Below are positions 38,913 through 47,972 of a stretch of DNA of 47,972 nucleotides, piece after piece. Position numbers and translations under genes: made by a program. The notes under the pieces were generated by a model. The model made no database searches. It worked only from the letters and a program-made list of their open reading frames with translations, and had not been told where the DNA came from. How positions within the stretch are numbered: the first letter of the stretch is position 1; the number at the start of each line of letters is the position of its first letter. The DNA lies in assembly GCA_002723035.1 (NCBI GenBank), contig PBNH01000010.1:4720-52691 (forward strand). Reading direction: 5' to 3'. This DNA is from Rhodobiaceae bacterium (GTDB lineage: Bacteria > Pseudomonadota > Alphaproteobacteria > MED-G09).

Positions 38913-39704
38913 TTGATTGTAGAACAAATATGGACAGGTAATCAATTTCGTAATTTTAATTATTTAATTGTATGCCCTGAAACTGGCGAAACTATGGCAA
39001 TTGATCCCCTTGATCATGAAAAATGCCTAGCAATTTGCAAAAAAAATGGTTGGGAAATTACAAAAGTACTAAATACTCATGAACATTGGGATCATATTGG
39101 TGGTAATCAAATCATCATAGAGTCCACTAATGCAAAACTTTTAGCTCACAAAAATGCAAAAGACGCAATAGATGGTATAGATATAGGTTTGTCGGCTGGT
39201 GATAATATTAAGATAGGCTCTTCAATCATTTTAAATGTTTTAGATACACCGGGTCATACCATGAGCCATATATGTTTATTTGCAAATAACGATAACCCCT
39301 CTTTATTTTGCGGCGACACACTGTTTAATGCTGGTGTAGGACATTGTAAAGGCGGCGGTAACCCTGAGGAATTATACGATACATTTATAAATCAGCTATT
39401 TAAGCTTCCAAATGATACAAAAATCTATCCTGGTCATGATTATTGGGAGAATAATTTAAAATTTACCTTAGACCGAGAACCAGAAAATATTAAGGCTAAA
39501 GAGATGATGGAAGGAACACTCGTAAAAAATCCTGATAACGCATTAGTATCAACAATTAAAATTGAAAAAGAGATAAATTCCTTTTTTAGATTAAAAAATG
39601 AAGAAATTATAAATAAACTAAGAGATGATTTTCCAGATCTACCAAAAAATCCAAGTACAAAGGAAGTTTTTTTAAAATTAAGAGAACTTAGAAATGAATG
39701 GTGA
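38913..39704 (+). CDS. gloB: Hydroxyacylglutathione hydrolase (glyoxalase II) family
   Basis: THEHWDHIGG, TPGHT, GDTLF, PGHDY, C-terminal LRELRNEW. Confidence 0.88.
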   Translation: MIVEQIWTGNQFRNFNYLIVCPETGETMAIDPLDHEKCLAICKKNGWEITKVLNTHEHWDHIGGNQIIIESTNAKLLAHKNAKDAIDGIDIGLSAGDNIKIGSSIILNVLDTPGHTMSHICLFANNDNPSLFCGDTLFNAGVGHCKGGGNPEELYDTFINQLFKLPNDTKIYPGHDYWENNLKFTLDREPENIKAKEMMEGTLVKNPDNALVSTIKIEKEINSFFRLKNEEIINKLRDDFPDLPKNPSTKEVFLKLRELRNEW

Positions 39705-39709
39705 AATAT

Positions 39710-39735
39710 TTTAACCTTTAGAGCTAAAAGTTAAA
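39710..39735. terminator. Possible bidirectional hairpin between convergent gloB and rpmF
   Basis: TTTAAC-C-TTTAG / CTAAA-A-GTTAAA imperfect AT-rich inverted repeat. Confidence 0.3.
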
Positions 39736-39766
39736 TTTTATTTGATAAAGCAATCAAAATAAAAGT

Positions 39767-39952
39767 TTATTTTGATTCTTTAGTCTCTATTACCTTACGA
39801 CCATTATACATACCTGTTTTTAGGTCAATATGGTGTGGTCTGTGAAGTTCTCCAGAGTCTTTGTTCTCTACATAAGAAGGATTTTCTAATCGATGACCAC
39901 CTCTCCTCTTTCCTCTTCGAGAAGGGCTCACTTTTCTTTTTGGAACTGCCAT
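39767..39952 (-). CDS. rpmF: 50S ribosomal protein L32
   Basis: [17 protein letters not shown]...[15 protein letters not shown]. Confidence 0.96.
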   Translation of the reverse strand: MAVPKRKVSPSRRGKRRGGHRLENPSYVENKDSGELHRPHHIDLKTGMYNGRKVIETKESK

Positions 39953-40027
39953 TTTATACTCCGCTCAGTATATTAATTTCTTTGAAGGACTTATAACCCT
40001 ATAGATGCTTTGGGGCAAGTAATTAGA

Positions 40028-41863
40028 TTAATACTTAACTATACATTCATCACAAAGAAAGTATAAATTATCAGGATCATTTAAGTTTTCATGCCATTTC
40101 ATAGTTTTTAAAAAATCATTTTTTAAATTATAAAATAAATTCTTATTGTAGTTATCTCTTTTCTGAATATCCATTAGTCCAAAAAAATTTTTTAAAAATG
40201 TATAATCATTCTTTTTTTGGTCAAATCTTTTAATTTTATAATTTTTAATATTTGCTAAATTTTTTGCTTTATTTACTGCATCTTCAAAAGATCCTATTGC
40301 ATCAATAAGGCCTTTATCTAAGGCATCGCTGCCTGACCATACTCTACCTCTTGCTATCTCATTAACCTGATCAATTGATAAATTTCTTCCTCTAGATACA
40401 ATACCAGTAAAGTTATCATAAAGCCTATCTACAGAACCCTGGATTAGATTAACTAATCTATCAGAGGGGGTCTTTAGGAATACACCATTATTAAGACCAT
40501 TTGAAAAGGGTGTTTTTTCAATCCCATCCTCATTTAGTCCTATTTTTGCGGCTGTTTCTTGGGCATTGAATAAAATAGCTGCGACACCAATTGAGCCTGT
40601 CACAGTAGTTTCATGAGCGAATATAAAATCTGTCTCAGCTGCAATCCAATATCCACCAGAAGCTGCAACACCCCCCATTGAAACAATAATTGGTATCTCG
40701 AGATTCTTAACCTCCATAAGCTCCTCTCTAATAAGCTCTGATGCAAAAGCGCTACCCCCAGGTGTATTTACTCTCAAAATAAGGGCTTTAAGATTTTTTT
40801 CTTTTCTCGCATTTTTAATTAATAAAGAAATATTGTCCCCACCTGCAATACCCCTAGGTTGATTCCCATCCATAATGGCACCAGCAACAGAAATTACTCC
40901 GATTATATTTTCACTATTAGTTGTTTCAGGTTTTAAATACTCATCGAAATTAATATATCGCCAATCTTCTTTTGGATGTGGAAATTTTTCACTTAAATAT
41001 TGCTCAGTTTCAGATCTAGTTTTTAAACTATCTACCAATCCATAATTTAGCGCTAAACTAGCAAAATCAAAATTATTGTCTTTAGCAAGTATATCAGTAT
41101 TTTCAATATAAAAATTAATTTTACCTGTCTCAAGGTTTCTGTTTTCCTCAATTAGATTCGAAGTAAATTCCCAAATCGAACTTTGTAATTGTAAATTTGC
41201 TTCCTTTGACTCGTCACTCATTGACTCCTCAGTAAAAATTTCAGTTGCACTTTTATATTCACCTTTTGAAAACTGAATAACTTCAATATCGAGTTTATCT
41301 AGTAAATTTTTTACAAATACTCTTTTGGAGGACCATCCATAAAGAGAAACCCCACCATTTTTATGAGCAATAATTTCATCTGCAGTGGATGCTAAAATAT
41401 ATGATGGCTGAGAATAATAGTCTGCTATTGCAATAATACTTTTGTTTGTATTTTTTTTGAATTTTAATAAAGTCTCCGAGATGTAAATTATATCCCCTGG
41501 ATATCCGCCAATAAAATTACTTAAATCAATAACAATACTTTCTATATTTTTATCCTCTTCAGCTAAATTAATGGCTTTAGCAATTTTATTTATTTCAATT
41601 TCCTTAGGATCACTGCTCTTGATAAATAAGTCTAAACTACTTTTACTTTTTGCCTGCTCAACAAGGATACCATCCATTTGTATAAGTAATGCAGTTCCAT
41701 CCTTAATATTTGAAGTAAATTTTGAAAAATAGTTAAATATAATCAAAAAAATAATTAATAGAGTCAGTGTTCTGATAAAAAAAGTTGGAATATAAGAAAT
41801 TAAAGTCCATATCCACCTCAAAGCCCTAAAAAGGTTACGAATAATATTTTTTAAAATATTCAA
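40028..41863 (-). CDS. sppA: Signal peptide peptidase SppA (67K two-domain type)
   Basis: GEYKSA, RVNTPGGS, SMGGVAASGGYW, TGSIGV, ARGRVWSG. Confidence 0.92.
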   Translation of the reverse strand: MNILKNIIRNLFRALRWIWTLISYIPTFFIRTLTLLIIFLIIFNYFSKFTSNIKDGTALLIQMDGILVEQAKSKSSLDLFIKSSDPKEIEINKIAKAINLAEEDKNIESIVIDLSNFIGGYPGDIIYISETLLKFKKNTNKSIIAIADYYSQPSYILASTADEIIAHKNGGVSLYGWSSKRVFVKNLLDKLDIEVIQFSKGEYKSATEIFTEESMSDESKEANLQLQSSIWEFTSNLIEENRNLETGKINFYIENTDILAKDNNFDFASLALNYGLVDSLKTRSETEQYLSEKFPHPKEDWRYINFDEYLKPETTNSENIIGVISVAGAIMDGNQPRGIAGGDNISLLIKNARKEKNLKALILRVNTPGGSAFASELIREELMEVKNLEIPIIVSMGGVAASGGYWIAAETDFIFAHETTVTGSIGVAAILFNAQETAAKIGLNEDGIEKTPFSNGLNNGVFLKTPSDRLVNLIQGSVDRLYDNFTGIVSRGRNLSIDQVNEIARGRVWSGSDALDKGLIDAIGSFEDAVNKAKNLANIKNYKIKRFDQKKNDYTFLKNFFGLMDIQKRDNYNKNLFYNLKNDFLKTMKWHENLNDPDNLYFLCDECIVKY

Positions 41864-41874
41864 AATCTTAATCC

Positions 41875-42231
41875 TTAATTTGGTTTACCATAAGCATTAT
41901 TATTGTCATCGCCTCTAATGCAATAAAAATAAACCAGGGGAATAATGCCTATAATAGTAAAAGTTAATAGTATCCACCAACCAGATTTATTTATATCATG
42001 CAATCTTCTAATAGAAACTGCAATTTCAGGAATTATAAATATAAAATTAGATATAAAAAGTAATCCATTTAAACCAAGACTCTCAATATAGTTAATAGAC
42101 AAAAACATTAAAATTCTGAATAGCTGCCAATACCAAAATTCCTTTCTTGATGACCTGGTCTCAAAATCAAAATATTTATTAAAGCAATTTATTACTGAAT
42201 TAATTAAGTCGTCAAAAAAAGTTGAAATCAT
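41875..42231 (-). CDS. DUF805 membrane protein
   Basis: RSSRKEFW, IRRLHDINKSGWW, NAYG; start placed at ATG 42231 to avoid overlapping lptB. Confidence 0.88.
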   Translation of the reverse strand: MISTFFDDLINSVINCFNKYFDFETRSSRKEFWYWQLFRILMFLSINYIESLGLNGLLFISNFIFIIPEIAVSIRRLHDINKSGWWILLTFTIIGIIPLVYFYCIRGDDNNNAYGKPN

Positions 42232-42235
42232 AATC

Positions 42236-43003
42236 TTAAATCGAAAAACGCTCTCCAAGGTAAACACGCCTTACATCGTCATTTTTAATAATATCTCCTG
42301 GTTTACCCTCAATTAAAACGGAGCCTTCATGAATTAATACTGCTCTATCTATTAAGCCCATAGTCTCTCTAACATTATGATCAGTAATTAAAACTCCAAC
42401 TCCTTTATTCTTTAAATGAGAGACCAATTCTTTAATTTCGTTAAGTGCAATTGGGTCAATACCTGCGAAAGGCTCATCTAACAAAATATAATTTGGTTTT
42501 CCTGCAAGGCACCGAGCAATTTCAACTCTTCTTCTCTCTCCACCCGATAAAGCTAATGAAGGAGTTCTTCTTAAATGGCTAATATCAAATTCTGTCAATA
42601 ATTGATCTAAATTACTTTCAATAACCTGCTTATCAGTTTCAACAATTTCAAGGATAGATTTTATATTATCCTCTACATTCATTCCTCTAAAAATTGAAGC
42701 TTCTTGAGGTAAATATCCAATGCCATTTTTAGAACGCTTATATATGGGTAAATCTGTTACATCAAAACCATTTAAAAAAATAGATCCTGTGTTTGGTTTT
42801 ATCAGACCAATAATAGTATAAAAGATAGTAGTTTTACCTGAACCATTTGGTCCAAGTAGACCAACAGCCTCCCCTTTATTTATATTAAAGCTAACCTCTC
42901 TTACAACAGGACGATTATTGTAAGACTTGCTAATACGCTTTATTTCAAGACCTTTGTCATTACTTGTTATTACTGAAGGCTTAGTTATTATATCACTATT
43001 CAT
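42236..43003 (-). CDS. lptB: LPS export ABC transporter ATPase
   Basis: GPNGSGKT, GYLPQEASIF, LSGGERRR, LLDEPFAG, TDHNVRE, YLGERF. Confidence 0.96.
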   Translation of the reverse strand: MNSDIITKPSVITSNDKGLEIKRISKSYNNRPVVREVSFNINKGEAVGLLGPNGSGKTTIFYTIIGLIKPNTGSIFLNGFDVTDLPIYKRSKNGIGYLPQEASIFRGMNVEDNIKSILEIVETDKQVIESNLDQLLTEFDISHLRRTPSLALSGGERRRVEIARCLAGKPNYILLDEPFAGIDPIALNEIKELVSHLKNKGVGVLITDHNVRETMGLIDRAVLIHEGSVLIEGKPGDIIKNDDVRRVYLGERFSI

Positions 43004-43514
43004 CTTTTTTTTCACTCTGCATTAAAACACCTTTAACTCTTTTATTTTGATTATCATCAGCAATAAAATTAATTGCACCAGTCTCTAAATCAATTAAAAG
43101 CTTGTCACCCCTCAGGGTTGTATAATTATTTACAACGGTAACACTTCCTAATAAAATAATTTCATTATTATTTACACTATAGGAAGCGTTATTTCCAGTT
43201 GCGGTCATATCTTGATTTGAAATCACTACGCCATTAGAAGCATATAAATTTTTTATTAGAGGCATTGAGGCATTATTCGTAAAAGTAAACTCCATTTGAT
43301 CTGCTCTAAAATTTAAAGGGCCTTGATTTATACTTACAGATCCTGAAAGCCCACCCTGTAAAGCAATTTTATCAATAAACATTTTATCAGCATCTACCTC
43401 TAGTGGTGCATTAATATTTGTATCAAAAGAAATAGATTCATTAGCTAATAATTGATCATTAAAATATATGAAAATAGAGGTAAAAATTAAAAAATTTCTT
43501 AATAAACTTTCCAT
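42996..43514 (-). CDS. lptA: LPS transport periplasmic protein (OstA domain)
   Basis: Signal peptide, PLEVDAD, G.V.INQG, LRGDKLLIDLETG, RVKGV; position upstream of lptB. Confidence 0.85.
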   Translation of the reverse strand: MESLLRNFLIFTSIFIYFNDQLLANESISFDTNINAPLEVDADKMFIDKIALQGGLSGSVSINQGPLNFRADQMEFTFTNNASMPLIKNLYASNGVVISNQDMTATGNNASYSVNNNEIILLGSVTVVNNYTTLRGDKLLIDLETGAINFIADDNQNKRVKGVLMQSEKKDE

Positions 43515-43516
43515 CT

Positions 43517-44125
43517 CTATTCCTCATTAATTTGTTTTATAAAGCTAGCGGGTATAATTAACTTAACCCCCGAGGATATAAAAATCTTATTACCTCTTTC
43601 ATGTATCTCTACATGACCAGCATCAAATTCAATTTCGCCTTTCCTCCCTTGAACAGGTCCATTTAAGAAAGTAAAACCAGTTTCTAAATTTACATTAACA
43701 ACTTGGGCAATAAAGTCATAACCATCTGATGTCTTAGAAACAATATCATCAAAGAAAATGGCAATATTATTTTTGGCAAAATATTTTGCATTTCTTGAAT
43801 TTACGCTTATCGTTTGAATTCCCTCTTGACCAAGTGTGATACTTACATTTTCTAGTTCTATATCTCTAAGATCTGGACCTAAAGGACTTGCCCTGAGAGC
43901 ATTTAAAACAAAAGGTTGACCTGAAGAAGTTTCACCAATCATTGAGGGCTTAAGAACGCCATCATTAGATTGATCTGATAAAATAAAATTTAAATTTTTA
44001 TCTTTTGTTGTCGTAATATTTACAGACTGAAAAAATATCATTGAAACTATTACTATTGCGATCAAGGGGAAGATGAATCTTAATCTTTTAATTCGGATAT
44101 TTTGAACTTGGTCTTTATTTATCAT
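43517..44125 (-). CDS. lptC: LPS export protein LptC
   Basis: N-terminal TM helix followed by a beta-jellyroll-like region (TSDGY, GPVQG); position upstream of lptA. Confidence 0.75.
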   Translation of the reverse strand: MINKDQVQNIRIKRLRFIFPLIAIVIVSMIFFQSVNITTTKDKNLNFILSDQSNDGVLKPSMIGETSSGQPFVLNALRASPLGPDLRDIELENVSITLGQEGIQTISVNSRNAKYFAKNNIAIFFDDIVSKTSDGYDFIAQVVNVNLETGFTFLNGPVQGRKGEIEFDAGHVEIHERGNKIFISSGVKLIIPASFIKQINEE

Positions 44126-44129
44126 TCAA

Positions 44130-44744
44130 TTAATGACTAAATATATCAATATCTGGCCATCCCTTTAAATCTAAATCCACTCTAGTCTTTATGAACGAAA
44201 AACATTGATCAGCTATATCCTGCCTATCCATTTTTATTAATTGTTGGTCAAGTTTTGATTTAATTTCGTGTAAATAAATAACATCAGAAGCTGCATACTT
44301 TTTTTGATCATCAGTTAACTCTTCAGCACCCCAATTAGAACTTTGTTGTTGTTTAGATAAATCGATATTTAAAGTCTCCTTACATAAATCTTTTAACCCA
44401 TGCTTATCCGTATAAGTTCTAACAAGTTTAGAAGCAATTTTAGTACAATAAATTGGCTCACAATCGATATTAAGATACTTCTTAAAAACAGCAACATCAA
44501 ACCTTGCGAAATGAAAAATTTTTAAACAGCTTTTGTCCTTTAATATTTTTTTTAAATTTGGAGCATCGTAGTTATCTCTATTAAGCTGAACAAGGTGAGC
44601 ATTTCCATCTCCTGATGAGAGTTGGACTAGACAAAGTGGATCTCTTTCTGGTCTTAACCCAAGTGTTTCAGAATCAACAGCAACTGATTCTCTAAATTTA
44701 ATTTCTACTGGTAAATCATGTTTATGAAAATAGATTTTAGTCAT
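44130..44744 (-). CDS. rnd: Ribonuclease D (short DEDDy exonuclease)
   Basis: AVDSETLGL, LCLVQL, FHFARFD, CTKIASKL, YAASDV. Confidence 0.9.
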   Translation of the reverse strand: MTKIYFHKHDLPVEIKFRESVAVDSETLGLRPERDPLCLVQLSSGDGNAHLVQLNRDNYDAPNLKKILKDKSCLKIFHFARFDVAVFKKYLNIDCEPIYCTKIASKLVRTYTDKHGLKDLCKETLNIDLSKQQQSSNWGAEELTDDQKKYAASDVIYLHEIKSKLDQQLIKMDRQDIADQCFSFIKTRVDLDLKGWPDIDIFSH

Positions 44745-44790
44745 TTAAACTCTTTTGATAATAAATTATTAAGAATATAAGAATTTTTTA

Positions 44791-45351
44791 TTAAAGAGAA
44801 GTAATCTTATCAATTAAATTCTTCATTTCTGGTTTATTATTTCTAATCTCTTCAATACTTAATCCATCTAGCTCATGAGGAAAGACCAACCAATTATCAG
44901 ATTTATGAATATAGTAATCTGGTTTTATTTTAGTCTTGTTATTCGAAGGCTTAAAATAAGGTGTAGCAATTTTAATTTGTGGAGTATTTTTTTTACAGGC
45001 TTTTTTTAGATTTATAATAATCTGATTAATTGAAAGTCCAGTATCAAATACATCGTCAACAATTAAAAGCGAATCCTCAGACTCAATTCTATTAATTATA
45101 TAGTTTAAACCGAACACTTTTACCTCTTTGGATCTCTTTCCCAATGAAATATATGAGGAAGTTCTAATTGCTATATGATCTGATGAAACTCCTAAAAAGT
45201 CCAATAATTCTTGAACAGCAATTCCAACTGGTGCTCCTCCTCTCCATACACCAACTATATAATCTGGTTTGAAACCACTTTTATAAATATTCCATGCAAG
45301 CTGAAAAGAGTCTTCCAACAATTTATTTGTATCTATAAACAATTTTTTCAT
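44791..45351 (-). CDS. Type I phosphoribosyltransferase (purine salvage-like)
   Basis: GVWRGG, PRPP loop LIVDDVFDTGLS, WLVFPHE; alternative start at 45363. Confidence 0.88.
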   Translation of the reverse strand: MKKLFIDTNKLLEDSFQLAWNIYKSGFKPDYIVGVWRGGAPVGIAVQELLDFLGVSSDHIAIRTSSYISLGKRSKEVKVFGLNYIINRIESEDSLLIVDDVFDTGLSINQIIINLKKACKKNTPQIKIATPYFKPSNNKTKIKPDYYIHKSDNWLVFPHELDGLSIEEIRNNKPEMKNLIDKITSL

Positions 45352-45434
45352 GACTCTAACCATTATATTCTAAATCTAAAGTCAAGAATATATCTACAAA
45401 CCAAAGTTTAAAAAATTATTATTATATAAAATTA

Positions 45435-47840
45435 TTAAAAGTTGTAACTAAGTCTACCCATAATTTGTCTTGGAGGAATTAGCTCAATTCCTGTACCAGC
45501 AACTCCAAAGACATCTGTCATACTTGAATTCATTCCGTCCTCGTCGGAAATATTTAATGCAATTATATTTAGACCAATTTGTTCAGAAAGTTCATAGCTA
45601 AAACTTAAATTATAAATAGTATAATCTTCAACGTTATCAACAAAAGGATTATTAAATACTCTCTGTTGAAAATCACCGCGATGAACCACTTCAGCAGTTG
45701 CAGTTAGTAATTTTCCAGAAGAAAGAATTTTTTCATACATCAAACCAAAATTTGCATTGAATTCAGGACTTTTTGCAAGTTTATTTCCCTTAATATTTTC
45801 TCTCAGACTGTATCTAATTGGTTCTTCACCAAAGAAATATAATTCTGCTCTAATATTATCCAGCGCTTCATAATCAGAAGTAATTTCTGTATCTAAGAAA
45901 GATAACCTCAAATCAAAAGAGAATTCATTAGATAAAATTCCTAAAAACTCAACTTCTAAACCACTCATTTCTGACTCAGGTATATTAGCAACTCCGCCTC
46001 TATAAACATCTGGATCAGTTGATTGGAATTGAAGATTCTCGTACTTGTAAAAGAATGCTGATATATTTGCTCTTAATCTGCTATCTAATAAATCAGTTTT
46101 AAGTCCTACTTCATAAGCATCAATTGTTTCACTTTCAAATAGAGGGAAAACTAATTGAGGAGCAGGATTTGCACCGAAATTCTGTTCATTATCAACAGGC
46201 CATCCAAAAGTTAAATTACTACCTCCAGGTTTGAATCCTTTTGTAAATGATAAATAAGTCATAGTATCGTCATCTACATCATATTCAATAGCTATTCTTC
46301 CAGTGGTTTTTTCAAGATCATCTTCTATTAAATAAGATTGCAAACCAAAGAAGTTTGTTACATCACTGGAAAAGGAGTCCTCTGTATAACGAAAACCACT
46401 TACAAATCGTGTTTTTTCATTAATATTAATAGTTGCTTGTCCATATATAGATTGAGACTCTCTTGTTGGAAATGCATCAGATACAAATCCAAGTTCAGCT
46501 CCAAAAGCTGCAAAACAGATTCCTTCAAATGGACTTGTAGCACATATTGGAGCATGAGTGTATGGAGTAAATTTACCATCCATAAGATCAACAAGCTTTA
46601 CATTATTTACATCTTTTACTTCATAGATATGGTTTTCAATTTCATGATCAAAATAAAATGCCCCTAATATCCAATCAATAGATCCAAAAAGGGGTTCGTT
46701 AGAAATTAAATTTATTTCAAAAGTTTTTGTTTCAACAAGCGAAGTTTCGGGTCTAAATTCAGCAGCAATATATGGTAATCCAGCAAGGGGGCCTTCAGCA
46801 TGGACATCACCAAAGTTATGTCTATCATTATCCCTTACAACGTAAATATCATCTTCTTGAGAACTAGCTAAAATTTTAAGACTTGCAGCTCCCAAATCAA
46901 CTTCGTAAATAGCCCCAAAAACTTCAGATGTTAACTGATAATCCGATAATGAGTCTTGAGCTAATTTTCTGGGATCAGGTGTCTTATCATCTAACCCTTT
47001 CATTGCTGCACCATTATTATCAGCATCGAAGTATTGAAAGAATAATCTTAAACTAGAATTACTTGTTAAATCAAATAACCAATCTGACCTAAAACTTATA
47101 TGATTAGCATCATCTAAATCCTGCCCATTTACTACATTATCGGTAAAACCATCTCTATCAGTTATGACAAAAGAATTTCTAGTAGCTACATTTTCAGACA
47201 ATGGTGTATTAAAAGAACCCCTTACTTTTGATAAATTATAATTACCTAGCGTAATATCAGCTTTGCCTTCAAAACCATTGAAACTTGGAAGTTTACTAAC
47301 GACATTTACAGTACCGCCTGTAGAATTTTGCCCAAAGAGAGTTCCTTGTGGACCCCTCAAGACTTCTATTCTCTCCAAATCGATGAAATCGGTTCTTAAA
47401 GAAAACTTAGAAGCAATGAATATTCCGTCCATATGAAGTGCAACAGAAGGTGCAGCAATTGCATTTTGGTTTGTTTCATCACCGACACCACGAATTGAAA
47501 TGACAGTTTTATAACCTTCGTTTTTAGCAACAGTAACACCAGGCGCAATTGCGCTTAATCCAACAAAGTCAACTATATTTTTTGTTTCTAGCTCATCAGC
47601 CTCTAGAGCTGTGACAGCCTTTGAGACATCTTGAAGGCTTTCTGTTCGTTTCTCAGCAGTAACAATTATTTCATCTATTGTAAGAGAATTTTCATTATTA
47701 GAAATAATAGATGAACTAGTTTCATCTGACTGAGCTTGAGTATTGATAGCTTCATCAGCTGATAATAATTGAGAGTTTAATAAAAAGAATAAAGAAAAAA
47801 TAATAGTAATTTTTAATGTTTTAAATGAAATCATAACCAA
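45435..47840 (-). CDS. TonB-dependent receptor
   Basis: Signal peptide, TonB box DEIIVTAEKR, IEVLRGPQGTLFGQN, GFKPGG, C-terminal YNF. Confidence 0.95.
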   Translation of the reverse strand: MVMISFKTLKITIIFSLFFLLNSQLLSADEAINTQAQSDETSSSIISNNENSLTIDEIIVTAEKRTESLQDVSKAVTALEADELETKNIVDFVGLSAIAPGVTVAKNEGYKTVISIRGVGDETNQNAIAAPSVALHMDGIFIASKFSLRTDFIDLERIEVLRGPQGTLFGQNSTGGTVNVVSKLPSFNGFEGKADITLGNYNLSKVRGSFNTPLSENVATRNSFVITDRDGFTDNVVNGQDLDDANHISFRSDWLFDLTSNSSLRLFFQYFDADNNGAAMKGLDDKTPDPRKLAQDSLSDYQLTSEVFGAIYEVDLGAASLKILASSQEDDIYVVRDNDRHNFGDVHAEGPLAGLPYIAAEFRPETSLVETKTFEINLISNEPLFGSIDWILGAFYFDHEIENHIYEVKDVNNVKLVDLMDGKFTPYTHAPICATSPFEGICFAAFGAELGFVSDAFPTRESQSIYGQATININEKTRFVSGFRYTEDSFSSDVTNFFGLQSYLIEDDLEKTTGRIAIEYDVDDDTMTYLSFTKGFKPGGSNLTFGWPVDNEQNFGANPAPQLVFPLFESETIDAYEVGLKTDLLDSRLRANISAFFYKYENLQFQSTDPDVYRGGVANIPESEMSGLEVEFLGILSNEFSFDLRLSFLDTEITSDYEALDNIRAELYFFGEEPIRYSLRENIKGNKLAKSPEFNANFGLMYEKILSSGKLLTATAEVVHRGDFQQRVFNNPFVDNVEDYTIYNLSFSYELSEQIGLNIIALNISDEDGMNSSMTDVFGVAGTGIELIPPRQIMGRLSYNF

Positions 47841-47972
47841 CCCCGAAATTTATAAAAAATATTATACATATAACTAAGCAAGAACTATGCCTATTGTCTA
47901 AATAAACATTAATAATTTAAAATGATTCCATACTTTTTAATAAATTGATATTTTTATTTTACATAATTTAAA

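Noticed and set aside
39767-39952. L32 (and L28) lacking a full zinc-binding Cys set, as zinc-starvation paralogues
   Set aside because: Cys-minus forms are the normal alphaproteobacterial versions.
11-46667. Short ORF-track entries overlapping longer genes (for example 11..331, 3195..3482, 12567..12944, 27200..27523, 46338..46667)
   Set aside because: Antisense or alternate-frame shadows of well-supported CDSs with no recognisable motifs.
47841-47972. Riboswitch or Fur box upstream of the TonB-dependent receptor
   Set aside because: No recognisable cobalamin or TPP motif and no convincing palindrome in the AT-rich 130 nt available; the leader may extend past the window.

Overview
Low-GC, gene-dense chromosomal segment of a streamlined, probably marine alphaproteobacterium (inferred from gene order such as helicase-S4-fdxA-carD, pduO-etfBA-tlpA/argH-lipoprotein-lysA, hisC-tyrC/metXW and rnd-lptCAB). 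It holds about 45 housekeeping and metabolic CDSs, tRNA-Arg(CCT) and tRNA-Leu(CAA), and two decayed genes flanking tRNA-Arg. I saw no integrase, transposase, phage gene or CRISPR array. The strongest signal lies in the 360-bp hisC/ompW intergenic region: two structurally unrelated SAM riboswitches in tandem (SAM-I/IV followed by SAM-V) directly upstream of an OmpW-family porin that precedes metX-metW, which suggests a SAM-repressed outer-membrane channel in a methionine regulon. Other points of interest: a CarD with an N-terminal histone-H1-like repeat array, LexA-like and NrdR-like boxes on a helicase promoter, coq4 and coq7 on either side of tRNA-Leu, mcd next to the ETF and adenosylcobalamin genes, and several conserved genes missing from their usual positions (ftsEX, kdsD, rpoN). 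All calls come from motif recognition and recalled family knowledge; no searches were run.
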